A stretch of 64,000 nt of DNA from Phaeosaccion multiseriatum. Its lineage: Eukaryota; Protista; Ochrophyta, other classes. Positions 1 through 11,600 of this stretch are shown piece after piece. The stretch's first letter is position 1; the number at the start of each line of letters is the position of its first letter. The translations under genes were made by a program, and so were the position numbers. The notes beneath the pieces were generated by a model. It was not told the origin of the DNA. It saw only the letters and a list, made by a program, of their open reading frames with translations, and searched no databases. Where the stretch lies: the NCBI GenBank assembly GCA_965112735.1, contig OZ218965.1, positions 1,736,001-1,800,000 on the forward strand, read 5' to 3'.

Positions 1-42
1 GATAACGCCGCCAATAACACATCTAACTACAAGGCCCCCCAC

Positions 43-231
43 CGTATGCCCTCTTCCCCAACATACCCGTATACGCCCTCTCCCCTCTTCCCCAACATAC
101 CCGTATACGCCCTCTTCCCTCTTCCCCAACATACCCGTATACGCCCTCTTCCCTCTTCCCCAACATACCCGCATACGCCCTCTCCCCTCTTACCCAACAT
201 ACCCGTATACGCCCTCTCCCCTCTCACCCAA
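43..231. repeat. 34-bp minisatellite, about 5.5 copies (ccccaacatacccgtatacgccctctcccctctt)
   Basis: ccccaacatacc recurs at 56, 90, 124, 158 and about 192. It lies downstream of the Myb stop and explains the repetitive ORFs 27..227 and 46..234. Confidence 0.95.
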
Positions 232-408
232 TAACCTAATCGAGCATGAGCCTGCCCGTCTCCCTTCTCCCCTCCTCCCCACCCGATACCCTAGTGTGCC
301 TACTACCACCTCTTTATCTTGCCCATCTCAGTCAGTCAACCCCCCTCCCCCATCCCAGTGCTGGTGACGACAGACAGCTTCTCAGCTCGCAATCCGCCAC
401 GTCTTTCT

Positions 409-1200
409 TCATTTCTTGAGGGTTCTCTTGGTCCCTTTCCGTGTTGCTCCTGCCCCTGCTCCGCTGGCCGCGACTGCAGGCTGCTGCCCACCCCCGGCGA
501 CGCGTGCCTCTCTCTTAATTCTCCGCTGAATGAGATTGTATCGGTTCTGTGTGAGAGGGAGGGGAAGAGAGGCAAGAGCACAACAACAACAAAATTAGAA
601 ACGAAAGTAGGGAGTAAGAGGTCGAGAGTTGGTCGATACATGTCTTCTCTCTCTCTCTCTCTCTTTCTCTCTCCTTTCCCTCTACCTCTCTCACCTTGGT
701 GTCGTTGTAGCTTCGGCCGGGCAGCTTGCGGCAAATCTCCGCCCATTGATGCTTGCTCTGATTCGAGCGACCCACCTCTGTCTGCTTCCTCTCCTCACAC
801 AACTGCATGAGTAGCTCCTCCTCCTTCTGCGTCCACGGCTCGTCCTTGCGCAGGCTGGGGTCCAAGTGGTTGAGGTACCGCTCGCGGCACTGCTTGGCTA
901 CCCTCCCGGGTATAAGCCTCGCCACCTCTGCCCACTTCTGCCCGTGGCGCTCCACCAGCCCCGTCAAACGCGTGTCTTCCTCCCTCGTCCAACTGCCAAT
1001 GCCCTTGACCACCGTGCAACGGTTCAGCGCCGTCCGCCAGTGCAGCATGCAGGCCGTCTCGCTCTTGTCGCGGAAGTTTGAGGCGACCTTGACCCACGCC
1101 GCGTGGCCGTGCTCCAGTACCAACCGTTCCAGCAGATGCGTCTCTGCGTCGCTCCACGCATTCTTATCGTAGTCCTCCAACTGGCCGTCGTCCTTGGCGT

Positions 1201-1233
<33 letters not shown>

Positions 1234-1277
1234 ATCGTGTAACGGACAGAGGCGCCCCGCTGGCCCCCCGGGTGACG

Positions 1278-1309
<32 letters not shown>

Positions 1310-3258
1310 CTGTGAGGGGGAGAGCGAGGGGGGCTCACGCTTAACAGCCGCGTCCTTGTTGCGAGGGGTTGGAGATGCCTTGACAGCCGGCTGTGGCGTG
1401 GCGAGGGAAGCGCACGGGGTGTGGGAAAGAGAGGGAGGGGAGTCGCGGTGGCGGGGGAAAAAATCAGAACAAAAAAATATACAAACAAAACAACACAAAA
1501 AAGGGGTAAAGACGCATGCAAAGAACCGAAGGCGAAGGGACGAAGAAGCTCCCTCCCTCCCCCCTCCAATTTTCGCTGGGGTCCACGGTACCACTGTTGG
1601 TGTTGGCGTTACGAAGACGTTAGCCAGCCATGGCGTTAGCCTTACCTGATGCGAGGCCTGGTGCTTGCGGAGCTTCTCCATCTGATGGTGGTGGAAGGGC
1701 ATGCCCTTTTTTATTCCGTGGCTATGCCTGTGTCCACAAATGGCGTGGAAGTGCCGCTGCTTGGCAACACCGCCCTCCAGATACGTGCACAACACGCCAG
1801 CGCCTCTTTCCGGCAGACACACTCCGTATCTCCCCCGCTCCCCCTTCTCCACCTTGACCCACAGCGAAGCGTCAAGGTCAGCGGGGACTGCTTCCACAGG
1901 CCCTCCCACACTCCTCCGGTCCGTCGGGCTATTGTTGGGGCTTGGGCCGCTGCTGCACGAGAAGCTGCTGTCGTCCTCCGCGGGAAAGGCCTCTGCCGTG
2001 GGACCCACCGGGTAGTGGTGATGATGCATCCCCTGCATGCCCCCTATATGCCCCTGCATCCCGCCCAAGTGCTGCTGCGGGTACATCCCTTGCTGCTGGT
2101 CCCCCCGTCTGCTGCTGTTGTGGTACATGTCCTGATGGTGGTGGTGGTGGTGGGGGAAGAAGTCGCTATCATCCGGGTGCCGGGCCTGACCCGACCTGCG
2201 GTACCTATCCTCCTCCTCGTCCTCGAACTTGGTTGCGGTAGACATGTTAGAGAGTCTCGGGCGCTTGTTCCCGGGCCTTCCCCTACTTCCAGCCTGTGCT
2301 GCAGCGGCGGCCGCAGACGTAGGAGGGCGGTAGAAAGGTGACGTCAGGCCGCTTCCCCCGGGAGGTGCGCACACCATGGGAACAGAGGACATGTAGTGGG
2401 GATTGGACATGCTCTGCTGAGACATTAGCGACTGTCGCGGCGACAACAAGGGCGAAGGCTCCGGCCCCCAGGTCGGCCCTCCTCCTTGCTGCTGATGCTG
2501 CATCTGCAACTGGTGCATCTGCTGCGCATTGTAACCGCCCTGTTGCTGTATATGCTGCCCCTGCCCCGGGTTGCTCTGTGGCCCCCCTGGGGACTGAAGC
2601 ATGAGTCCCGGCAGCTCGATGTTGGGACCGAAGACCGTGTCGCCGACGGGGAAGGCCTCCGTGTTGCCTCCCTCCACAGCCACGTAGGTGCCAAAGGTGC
2701 CCACTCCCCCATTCAAGTTGCCCCCTGTGGGGGTGGCCAGGCTGCTGAGGCTTCCAATGCCGAGCGAAATGCCCATGCTGTGCAGGTCTGTCGAAGGCAT
2801 CACCTCCACTGACAGAGTAGAAGACGCCGGCCCGGACGATCCCACAGAGGCAGAGCCGTCGCCGGGCCTGTTGGAGGAGTTGTCGTTACTGTCCTCGCCG
2901 TTGCCGTTGCCGTTGCCGTTGCTGTTGCTGTTGATGGAGGGGAGCACGAGGGGATCTGGCAATTCGGAGGAACCCCCATCCCCGCCGCCGTTGCGCAGCT
3001 CCGCATTGCTCTTGCCGGCGCTGCTTCTGCCGTCGTTGCTGCCGGTGCTGCTGCCGCTACTGACGTTGCCGCTCTTGCTGAAGCCCCCGTCCTTGTAGCT
3101 CGACCCCCCCGCCCGGTAGAGGTCGTCGGGATGCGGTGACACTTGCGCGAGGGCCTGGAGAGCACTCATGTCATGCTGCGAGTGGGGCTTGCTGCTCGTG
3201 CAAATGATGGACAGGTTGCCGACGCCGCCGCTACTACTACTGTTGTTGTTGTTGTTGT

Positions 3259-3290
<32 letters not shown>

Positions 3291-3816
3291 TTGCTCTTGC
3301 TTAGACCTTCTGTTGCTGCTGCTGCTGCTGCTGCTGATGGTGATGTCGAGTCGTCATTGTCCGTGTCCTCCTTGCTGCTGCTCTCCCTCACCAACCGCCG
3401 CTTCTTGGGAAGATTCCTGGAGCCGCTTGCATCGGGACTGCTTCCACCGCGCGTGGTGATGGACTGAAAAGTGGGCGGTTTGGGGACGGTGCACATAAGG
3501 TTGAAGGAAGGGAGGGAGGGGTGAGCCCCCCTGAGACGCTACGGTTACAGTTAAGGACGCCGCCATCACACATACACACACAGAACGACAAAAGCAAACG
3601 GCAAGGAAGCAACGTCGCACCAGAGAACTCACCATGGATCCAGATATGGGTGGGGGACTGCCAGTTCCTGCGTGTAACATGGCATCTGCGGGGGAGGGCA
3701 GCATGGGCCCCTTCAGCATCGTGTCTGTGGACAGACCACCGCTGCTGCTGCTACTGCTGCCCAGGCCGTTGGAGGAGGACAGGGCGCGGGTGTAGCTGTA
3801 GGGCATCTGCTGCTGC

Positions 3817-3848
<32 letters not shown>

Positions 3849-4172
3849 ATGTTGTTGTGGGTGTTGTTGCTGCGACGCCGCCTGCTGAGCGGGGCTCATG
3901 CTCGTGTCCACAGTCAAGCCTACGCCTCTGGGCGCCCCCATCTTCACACCTGTTTCCGGAATGGTGCACGCCTGCCCCTCTCCCTCTTCTGCCGGAATGG
4001 TACTCGCCCGGGATCCTCCTGCCTCCACTCTTGAATGTCGCGCAACTGCCCCCACAGTGGTCCTGGGTGCCTCCTTCTGCCTTTGCTCCTCCTCCTCACG
4101 GGGGGGAGAGGGTTGAGGAACACTGCTGCTTGGGAGCTTTGAGTGAGCAGGGCCAACTTCCACACAGTGCAT
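409..4172 (-). CDS. Three-repeat (3R) Myb transcription factor with C-terminal Myb domain and long Q/S/N/G low-complexity N-terminus
   Basis: Myb repeats AWSDAETHLL..W..HW, SWTREEDTRL..WAEVA..PGRVAKQCRERYLNHL and PWTQKEE..WAEICRKLPGRSYNDTK|NRY. Exons: 4172 (or ATG 3941)-3621, 3463-1646, 1390-695, 546-409 (TGA). All introns are GT-AG and in frame. Start codon uncertain. Confidence 0.88.
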
Positions 4173-4720
4173 GACGGAAGGCTCCTGCGTGTGCCACTTC
4201 CTTCCCCCCCTCTTCAATGCTGTACTACGTACTATTCTGCGCTATTCCTCCTACAGCCCTTATCAAGCAAAGCAAAGCTCTTGGTTGGATTGAAGATTGG
4301 GTGGGTTGATCCCTCCTCTGCTTTCTACCGCTTTTGCTCCTTTTGCTCCTACTCCTTGGCCTCTTCAATTTTCTCGTTACTCTTTCTTCTCACCTCCACC
4401 GGTAATCCTCCCCCTCTCAACCTTTGCTGCTGCTGCTCCTCAAGGGGGGATGCCGTTCACCACAAGAGGGATGTTCTGCCCAATCACTTTGATCGGAACA
4501 CTCGGGGGATTGATGGAAAGCGGATGGTGTCTCTGTGACCAGCAGCTCCCAAGCCTTCTCTCCCACCTGGCTGACCCCCCCCCGGGCTACCCGTTTTACA
4601 CAAGCGGCCGACCGAGCTGAAATTGGGAGTTTCTTGGGGGGGGGGGAGGGTCATTAGATAATAAGGCGTTTTCCCTCCCCTCTTCTTCCCACTCTCTCTC
4701 TCTGTGTGTGTGTGTGTGTG

Positions 4721-5461
4721 ATGGAGACGCCGTCGCTTGCAAAGCGCAAGCGCTCCACAGGCTCCCTTCTGCTCGCCACGCCAGAGAAGCTGCTCAAGAG
4801 CCTGAGAGACGGAGGGAAGAGGAAGGGAGTGGCAAAGGGAGCAGACGAGGATGCCAAGTACAGGCTGATCCAGGCCCTGTGCAATTGCGTCATCTCCGCG
4901 GCAGACGGAGACGGGGCGGAGGAGGACCCCAAGGCGGTGGCGCTGCTCAAGAAGCTGCTGCAAGAGCCGGGGGTGGACCCCAATTGCTCGGACGAGCGCA
5001 TACTCCAGCGGGTGAGTGTGTAGAGAACAATGAGCGAGGGGAAGGAGAAGAGAGTATTTCGATACCAGGGAGGTTGCTCAGGAGAAGAAAGAGTATCTCG
5101 ACAACAGGGAGGTTGCTATGTTCTCCTTCCCCTTATTCTCCTCCCTCCCTCCCTCCCTCTCTTCTCTCTCACTCTCTCTGCTCCCTCCCTTTCCCCTCCG
5201 TCCCTCTCTATCCCCCCTCTTGTTCCCTCTCCTTCTATCCCTCTCCCTCTCCACTCCCAGGTTGGTGGCGGTCCTCTCTTCGCCGCCCTCAAGCTGGACG
5301 CCCCACAGAGTGCCAAAGCACTGCTAGAGGCAGGGGCATCCTTGGTAGAGCCATACGGAGAGGAAACGCCGCTGCAAGTTACCATTGCATCGAACAGCAC
5401 CCAATGCATGGCGGTGGTCTTAAGTCACATCAAACGGCTCGAGGCCACTGCGGCGAGGTAG
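4721..5461 (+). CDS. Small ankyrin-repeat protein
   Basis: Exons 4721-5011 and 5261-5461, GTGAGT...CAG phase-0 intron. Ankyrin-like motifs LLQEPGVDPN, PLFAALKLDAPQSAKALLEAGAS and ETPLQVTIASNSTQCMAVVL. Confidence 0.75.
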
Positions 5462-5595
5462 AGTAATTGATGGGGATGCATCCCAACGTGTTTGTTGACT
5501 TGGGGAGCTGTGGTCTGCGGTGGGCGCTCCGGAAGACCGATGCACGCTCGGGGGGGAAGCACGCAGGGGGTGATGCACTCGAGGCGATACATGCG

Positions 5596-5664
5596 GCAGC
5601 AGATTCAGAGCTTACGTGGCAGCAGATTCAGAGCTTCCGTTGCAGCAGATTCAGAGCTTCCGTT
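5596..5664. repeat. 22-bp tandem repeat x3 (gcagcagattcagagcttccgt)
   Basis: Three near-identical copies are directly visible. Confidence 0.85.
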
Positions 5665-6797
5665 GAAGGAGTCAGTGCACGTCTGTCTGATCTGTCTGTC
5701 TTGCGCTGGTGGGCGTAGTACGGACCCAAGTGCGTGAAGCCCCCTTGCAGTTGAAGCAGGCCCGTGATGTACCACCAACCCGTATGTACAAGTGAGGTAA
5801 TCAGGAAGGTGTCTCTGAAGCGGATGATGCCATTCGCGGTGCCGAGCATGTCTGTGATGCCCCCAAGGGAGAGGGGTCCAGGCTTTCCACGCGATGACGA
5901 CTGTAGTGCCCAGTGTCCGTCAAGGGAGGGTAGATACAGTACCAACCACCAAAGAGGTTGCCGTTGCCTCTCTCGCCTGTGGGCATTGAAACCTCAGTCA
6001 TCATCAAGCGGAAAGTAGTAAGGAGGCAAGAGGGAGCGAGACAAACAACAGGCCACCGAGGGAGGGGAGGAACGTCCCCTGAACTACGGACCCTTCTCCC
6101 TGTTTGGGTGTCGCGGACATGGTCGGCAATGTGCGAATGGCATCATCTATGTCAAGGGCATACTCCAGTGTATGGTACATTGTACGACCGAGAGGATGTA
6201 TGCGTGTCGGCTGTCGGCAAACAAGCGAGTGTGGCGCCATTGTAGACTTGGGTGCGGAGGCATATGGAGGCCTCTATCTACCATATGCCTCTACGGACGA
6301 CAAGAGCTGCAAGAGCTGAGGGGTCTCATGTGGGTAGGGTAGTCCAAGTGCGAGGGCAAGTGCGAATGCGAGTGCACATCCGTGCGGTCGTCAATGCCTT
6401 TGAGTCCGCCAACGGTGGCGACCTCTTCTCCACTCACTACTCACACGTCACACCCCGCGGAACGACGAGCAGGGCACCTGGCGAGTCGCGAAGTGGAAGT
6501 GAGCTGAAACGTATTTGCAGAATGCGTAAGGCAATGAAGGAGAGCGATCTGTGAGGAGTGAGAAGGCTCGCTAGGCCCTGCCTGATGTCATAGACACAAC
6601 GGACGGAGCAGGACAGGCCAAGAACTGAAACAATGCCATGTACTTGGTGGTACTCTAAGTAACTTGCTTACATGTGGCGTATCACAGGAGCCCCAGGAGG
6701 AAGGAGGCAAGAGGATGTACACGCATGGACTGACTCACCTTCCCCCTTCAAAAACAGCAAAAGTTATTTTTTAAACATTACGTAATCATTACATACA

Positions 6798-8583
6798 TCA
6801 GTCCCATCCCTCCGGCTTGTCCCAAGTGGTTTCCGCCGTCTTCGTGTGTATCCAGTAGGGCTGGCCCGAGTCCGGATCCGTCTTGCTTTCCCATTGCTGA
6901 GGACGATGCGCCGTCGACACCGTGGGCGCGGGTGTGGGCGTGGGCCGTGTGGGCGTGTGTGCGGGCGTGGGCGCGGGCGTGGGTGCGGGTGTCGGCGTGT
7001 GTGCGAAGCCCTCGGGCTGGTCCCATGAAGACTCCTTCGTACGGGTGTTGACAAAGTATGCATCGCCCGTCTCCGGATCCACCCGGCTCTCCCACTCGCT
7101 CCCGGAGCCACTCTTGTGGCCCTCCTCAGGCGCTGCCCCTTCCTCTTCTTCCCCTCCCCCTCCCCCTCCCCCTTCCTCTCCCCCTTCCCCTTCTCCTTCC
7201 CCTTTCCCTCTCTTTCCCCATGACACCTTCTCTTTCTTGGGCTGTTGTTCCTCCTCCTGCTGCTGCTGCTGCTGCTGCCCCTGCGCCTTTCTCGCCGATT
7301 TGGTGTTTCCAGCCTTTCGCACAGCTGCTGCTGCTGCTGCTGCTGCTGCTGGCCGTACCCCTCCCTGGCCGACAGCCCTCGAAGGAGGAGAAGGAGAGCG
7401 CGAGGGAGAGGGAGAGGGAGACCGAGACCGAGACGGAGACCGAGAAGAAGGGAAAGTACCCACCCGCGGACTCTGCAGCCGGCGACTCCTCTGCCCCCCC
7501 GGGCCGGGAGGAGAGGAGGAGGAAGCCTGCTCAGAGGCCACACGCTGAGCACCCCCTCGGGTGGGCTTGGAGATGCTTGCGCCCGGGGTGGGGGTGGGGC
7601 GGGTGCCCTGGGCAGTGGCATTGGTCTGCGCACCGGTGGCAGCGATACTCGCCCCGGGGGGGACGATGCCAGACCTTTGCGGAGACCTTTGCGGAGACGT
7701 TTGCTGAGACGTTTGCTGAGACCCATGAGAGGGCGGACTTCGTCCTCTTCTTACAGCACTAGAACCAGTGGGAGCAGCAGTTGGTGATACAGCAGCCACA
7801 CCGACGGCTCTCCTACCTCGGCTGGGCGACCCTGGGGGGGACGCAGGGGGCGAGACTGGAGGAGTCGAGGAGACGGAGGACGGCGCCGCTGCTGCTGCCC
7901 CTGCTGCTGCCCCTGTCTGAGGAGACTTCTTCCAGCGGGCGGTCTGGGCCTGCGAAGAAGCTTCTCTCTTGTTGTCTTGAGCTTGGCCGTGGTTGCCGCC
8001 CGCCCGTCCGCCCTCTCCTCCTCCCTCCTGTCGGCGCGCTCCTCCCCTCTCCGAAGACGAAGGGCTCTCGGCACCCCCGGCCGCCGAAGCTGAAACATTG
8101 CCATCATCGTCCTTTTCAGCACCAGCAGCACCAGCAGCACCAGCAGCAGCGGCGGCTTTGGCCGCTCGAGCACTGGCAGCGACGGCACCGGCAGCGCTTT
8201 GCTGCACCCCATTCTCTCCCCTCTCTCCCTTCTTCTCCCCCAAAACCGCAGACCGCGACCGTGGCACCGCCTCACAACTGGCAGAGCTTTCCTCAGCCCC
8301 ACTTCCTGTCCCAACCCCCTCCCCCGTCAGGCAGTCGTTGTCTTTGAAGAGCGGTGCCTTGTCAGGGTCTGCGCAGAGTCGCATCAGCTGCCCCAGCGCC
8401 GAGCACAGCCAACCCTCCTTGTGAAGCACCAACCGGAGAGCTTCGTCCTTCTCCTTGGCTGCCGAGGAGCCGTTTCCTCCTCCTGCTGTTGATGTCTTGC
8501 CGCCGCTGCTCATCAACATGATGTTGCTGCTGCTGCTGCGGCTCCGCGGCTGCCGCGACTGCTGCGCCGGCTGCTGCTTCTGC

Positions 8584-8653
<70 letters not shown>

Positions 8654-11600
8654 GCAGTTGTTGCTGCATGGCGACCGTGGCTTCACACTCTCGCGTGACC
8701 ACGTCACTGAGTCGCTCATTGACATAGGGTAGCTTCAAGACGATGAGTTTCACAAGCGTCTCCGCCGCCAGCACACACCGCGTCCTCTCCCTCCCCGCTT
8801 CCGCCCTCGCTCTCCTCTCTCCTCCTCCATCTATTGCCACCTCTGCCCCGGAGCCTCCCCTGCTGCCGCTGCGTTGCTTTGCCTGCTGTTGCTGCTGTTG
8901 CTGCTGCAGGCGTTGCGACTTGGTCTGTTGGAATTTGAACTTGCCAAAGATACCACTGCTGCCGCGCCTCGTCTTGGCCTGGCGCTGCTGCTGCTGCCGT
9001 ACCTGTTGTTGCAGTGGCAGAGAGAGGGAGAGCCGAAGCAAGCAAGCAACAAGTATGAGCAAGCAAGTATAGAATCAAGCAGCTAGCAACAGGCAAGGCA
9101 GAGCAGGGCAAAAGCAAAAGCACAAGCAAAGCAAGCAAGCAAGCAAGCAAGCAACTGCCAGTGTCTCCCCAGCTCTGGCAGCAGTAGCTCCACCAACACC
9201 CAGAGCTAGTTACGAAAACTTACGAAAGCTTACGTAAGTACGTACCTGCTGCACATGCTTGGCGTCCCACTGCCCCCTGAGCAGCAACATGACCTCCTCT
9301 CCGAAGCTCACAATCGCCTCGCCCACCTGGGTGCTCTCCTGCGGTAGTTGGTGAAACAGCACGTAAGTAGGGCTCGAAGGTTGCCGAGTGAGTACGCTCC
9401 ATGTGCATGTGTGTGCGCCGATGGATAACAAGAACAGCAGCAGCAGCAGCAGCAGCGTCGCCAACAGAGGACCAAAAGCACCGCGTATCATATGCCCTAT
9501 AGCCACGCGCCTCTTGCCATGCCTGGAATACAAGATACCTAGCTGCCATCCACTGCCATCCGCTGCCATCCACTGCCATCCTCCTATCCTCCTCCTCTTC
9601 TGTTCTTTTTCCCTTCTCATTCCCCGCCCCTCCCTCCCCCCCCCCCTCTCCCTCCCTCCATACCTGCAACAGATTCTTGTTCCCCTTGGCAGGCAGCTGC
9701 TCCGTTAACGGGAAGGCCTTGGCCAGGAAGAGAAGGGGCACACTCGCTGCCCTTGTCATGGCGGGTTGAGTGAGGCAGCACGGGGCTAGCATCTCGTCAA
9801 TGAGGCGGACCGCATGTGTCTCCTTCAGGCCCGGGTGCTTGGCAAGTGCGAGCATCAGGGTCACATCCTGGGTATGGGTAGGGTAAGGAGAGGGGAGGGG
9901 AGGGGAGGGGAGGGGAGGGGAGGGGAGAGGAGAGGAGAGGAGAGGAGAGGAGAGGGGGGAGGAGAGGAGAGGAGAGGAGGGGAGGGGAGGGGAGGGGAGA
10001 GGAGGAGAGGGGAGGAGAGGGCAGGGGAGATATATGGAGGCATATGGATGGATAGATGGATAGGGAGCGCATGGGTGAGACATGTGACTACTACACTGAG
10101 ACCGACCTGAAACTATTCTACTCTCTCCCGCTCGCTCTCTCGCTCTCTCGCTCTCTTCTCACTCTCTACGCTTACACACACACACCTCCCCCGCTACCCC
10201 TCCCCCTCCCCCTCCCCCTCCTCCTCCCCCTCCCCCTCCCCCTCCCCCTCCTCCTCCCCCTCTCCCTCACCCTTCTCACTCACCTGCAGCGACATTCCCG
10301 AGCTCCACTCACTGAGCCTGAGGATGGTGGCAACAAGCTCCGCCATGGGGAAGGCGATGGCGGTGGCCCGCGCCCGCGCCGCTTCCTCCTCATCCTCCTC
10401 CTCCTCCTTCCTCTTCTTGGCAGCGCTGGCTGCCCCCCCCCCCCCCTCCCCCTCCTCATCTTCCCCTCTCTCCCCTCCCTCCTCCCCCTCGTCCTCCTCC
10501 TCCTCATCCTCATCATCGCTCATGAAGCTCAGGAGGGAGTCTGATGGCACCGCTTGCTGCTGCTGCCGTTCGCGCAGCCCCACTTGGCGGGAACGGTTTC
10601 TTCTCCTAACGGTGTAACGGTTTGCCGTTACAAGCGCCACCATGTTGGCACTGATGTGGTCATTCACCACCGCGTCGTCGTGATGCTCCACTGACACAAA
10701 CAGCTTTTGAAGGTACGAGTAGAGCACGGGGAGGGGGAGGGGGAGGGAGGAGAAGTGGAGGAGGGGTCACTCGATATTCGGATGTTGATGATGCTGCGAA
10801 ACGGTTCGAGAGGGAAAATGCCGGCCTCCGCCGAGTAGTTGCCTCGCGTAGGGCAACAACGGGGGAGGGGGGGCACGTGCCGCCTTCGCTCCTCCTCTGC
10901 TGCTACGTTGTAACGCCTCCTTTACTCCTTACCTGTGTGCGGATGGCCATTCGAAGAGAGTGGCCGGTGGTGTCTGCGTCTTGCAGGCAGCCGAGCAGGC
11001 GGAACAGGGAGCTAATGGCGCACAACTTGGTGCTGATCTCCGCCTGAGTACCAAAGTAGTACCGGAGGCGCCGGAATGGGGGGAAGAGAGAGAGGGAAGG
11101 AGAGGGAGAGAGAAGGAGGGAGGGAGAGGAAGAGAGAGAGGGAAAGAGAAGAAGAGAGAGAGGGAAGGAGAGGAAGAGAGAGAGAGGGAAGGAGAGGAAG
11201 AGAGACGGAGAGAGGGAGAGAGATAGGGGGGAGGGGCGGTGGGAGAGAGGAGGACGGTTCAGTAGGGGGGGCGGCGGTAAGAGACCCCATGGCATTGATA
11301 CATCCATCAACAGCCGTTGTCCCCGTCCCTGGAGTATTGAACAACATTGGACGACTCCACCCCTCCCCTCTCCTACGGGGCTGATAAGCAAGCGCACAGC
11401 ACCCTCTGGAGAAAGAAAGAGCGCACACACGCCTAGCATTGTGTGCCCGCTGTTACGGCTCGGTCAGTAAGTCAGTAAGTCAGTACGTCAGCAAGTCACT
11501 ACCTGACGGATGCCGCTGGTGAGTCGTAGAAGAGACTGATTCACGACCGCGGCCAGAAACGAAGCAGCCGCCTCCGCCTTCTTTTCGCTGCTGACTCTTC

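Noticed and set aside
43-231. CRISPR-like appearance of the 34-bp repeat (also the 45-bp and 26-bp arrays)
   Set aside because: Units are contiguous with no unique spacers, there are no cas genes, and the context is eukaryotic. These are minisatellites.
6095-6140. FGE-sulfatase-like motif (GVADMVGNV..CEW with a frameshift)
   Set aside because: The inverted paralogous copy at 5823-5879 supports the reading ..DM.G.ANGII instead, so CEW is a chance frame.
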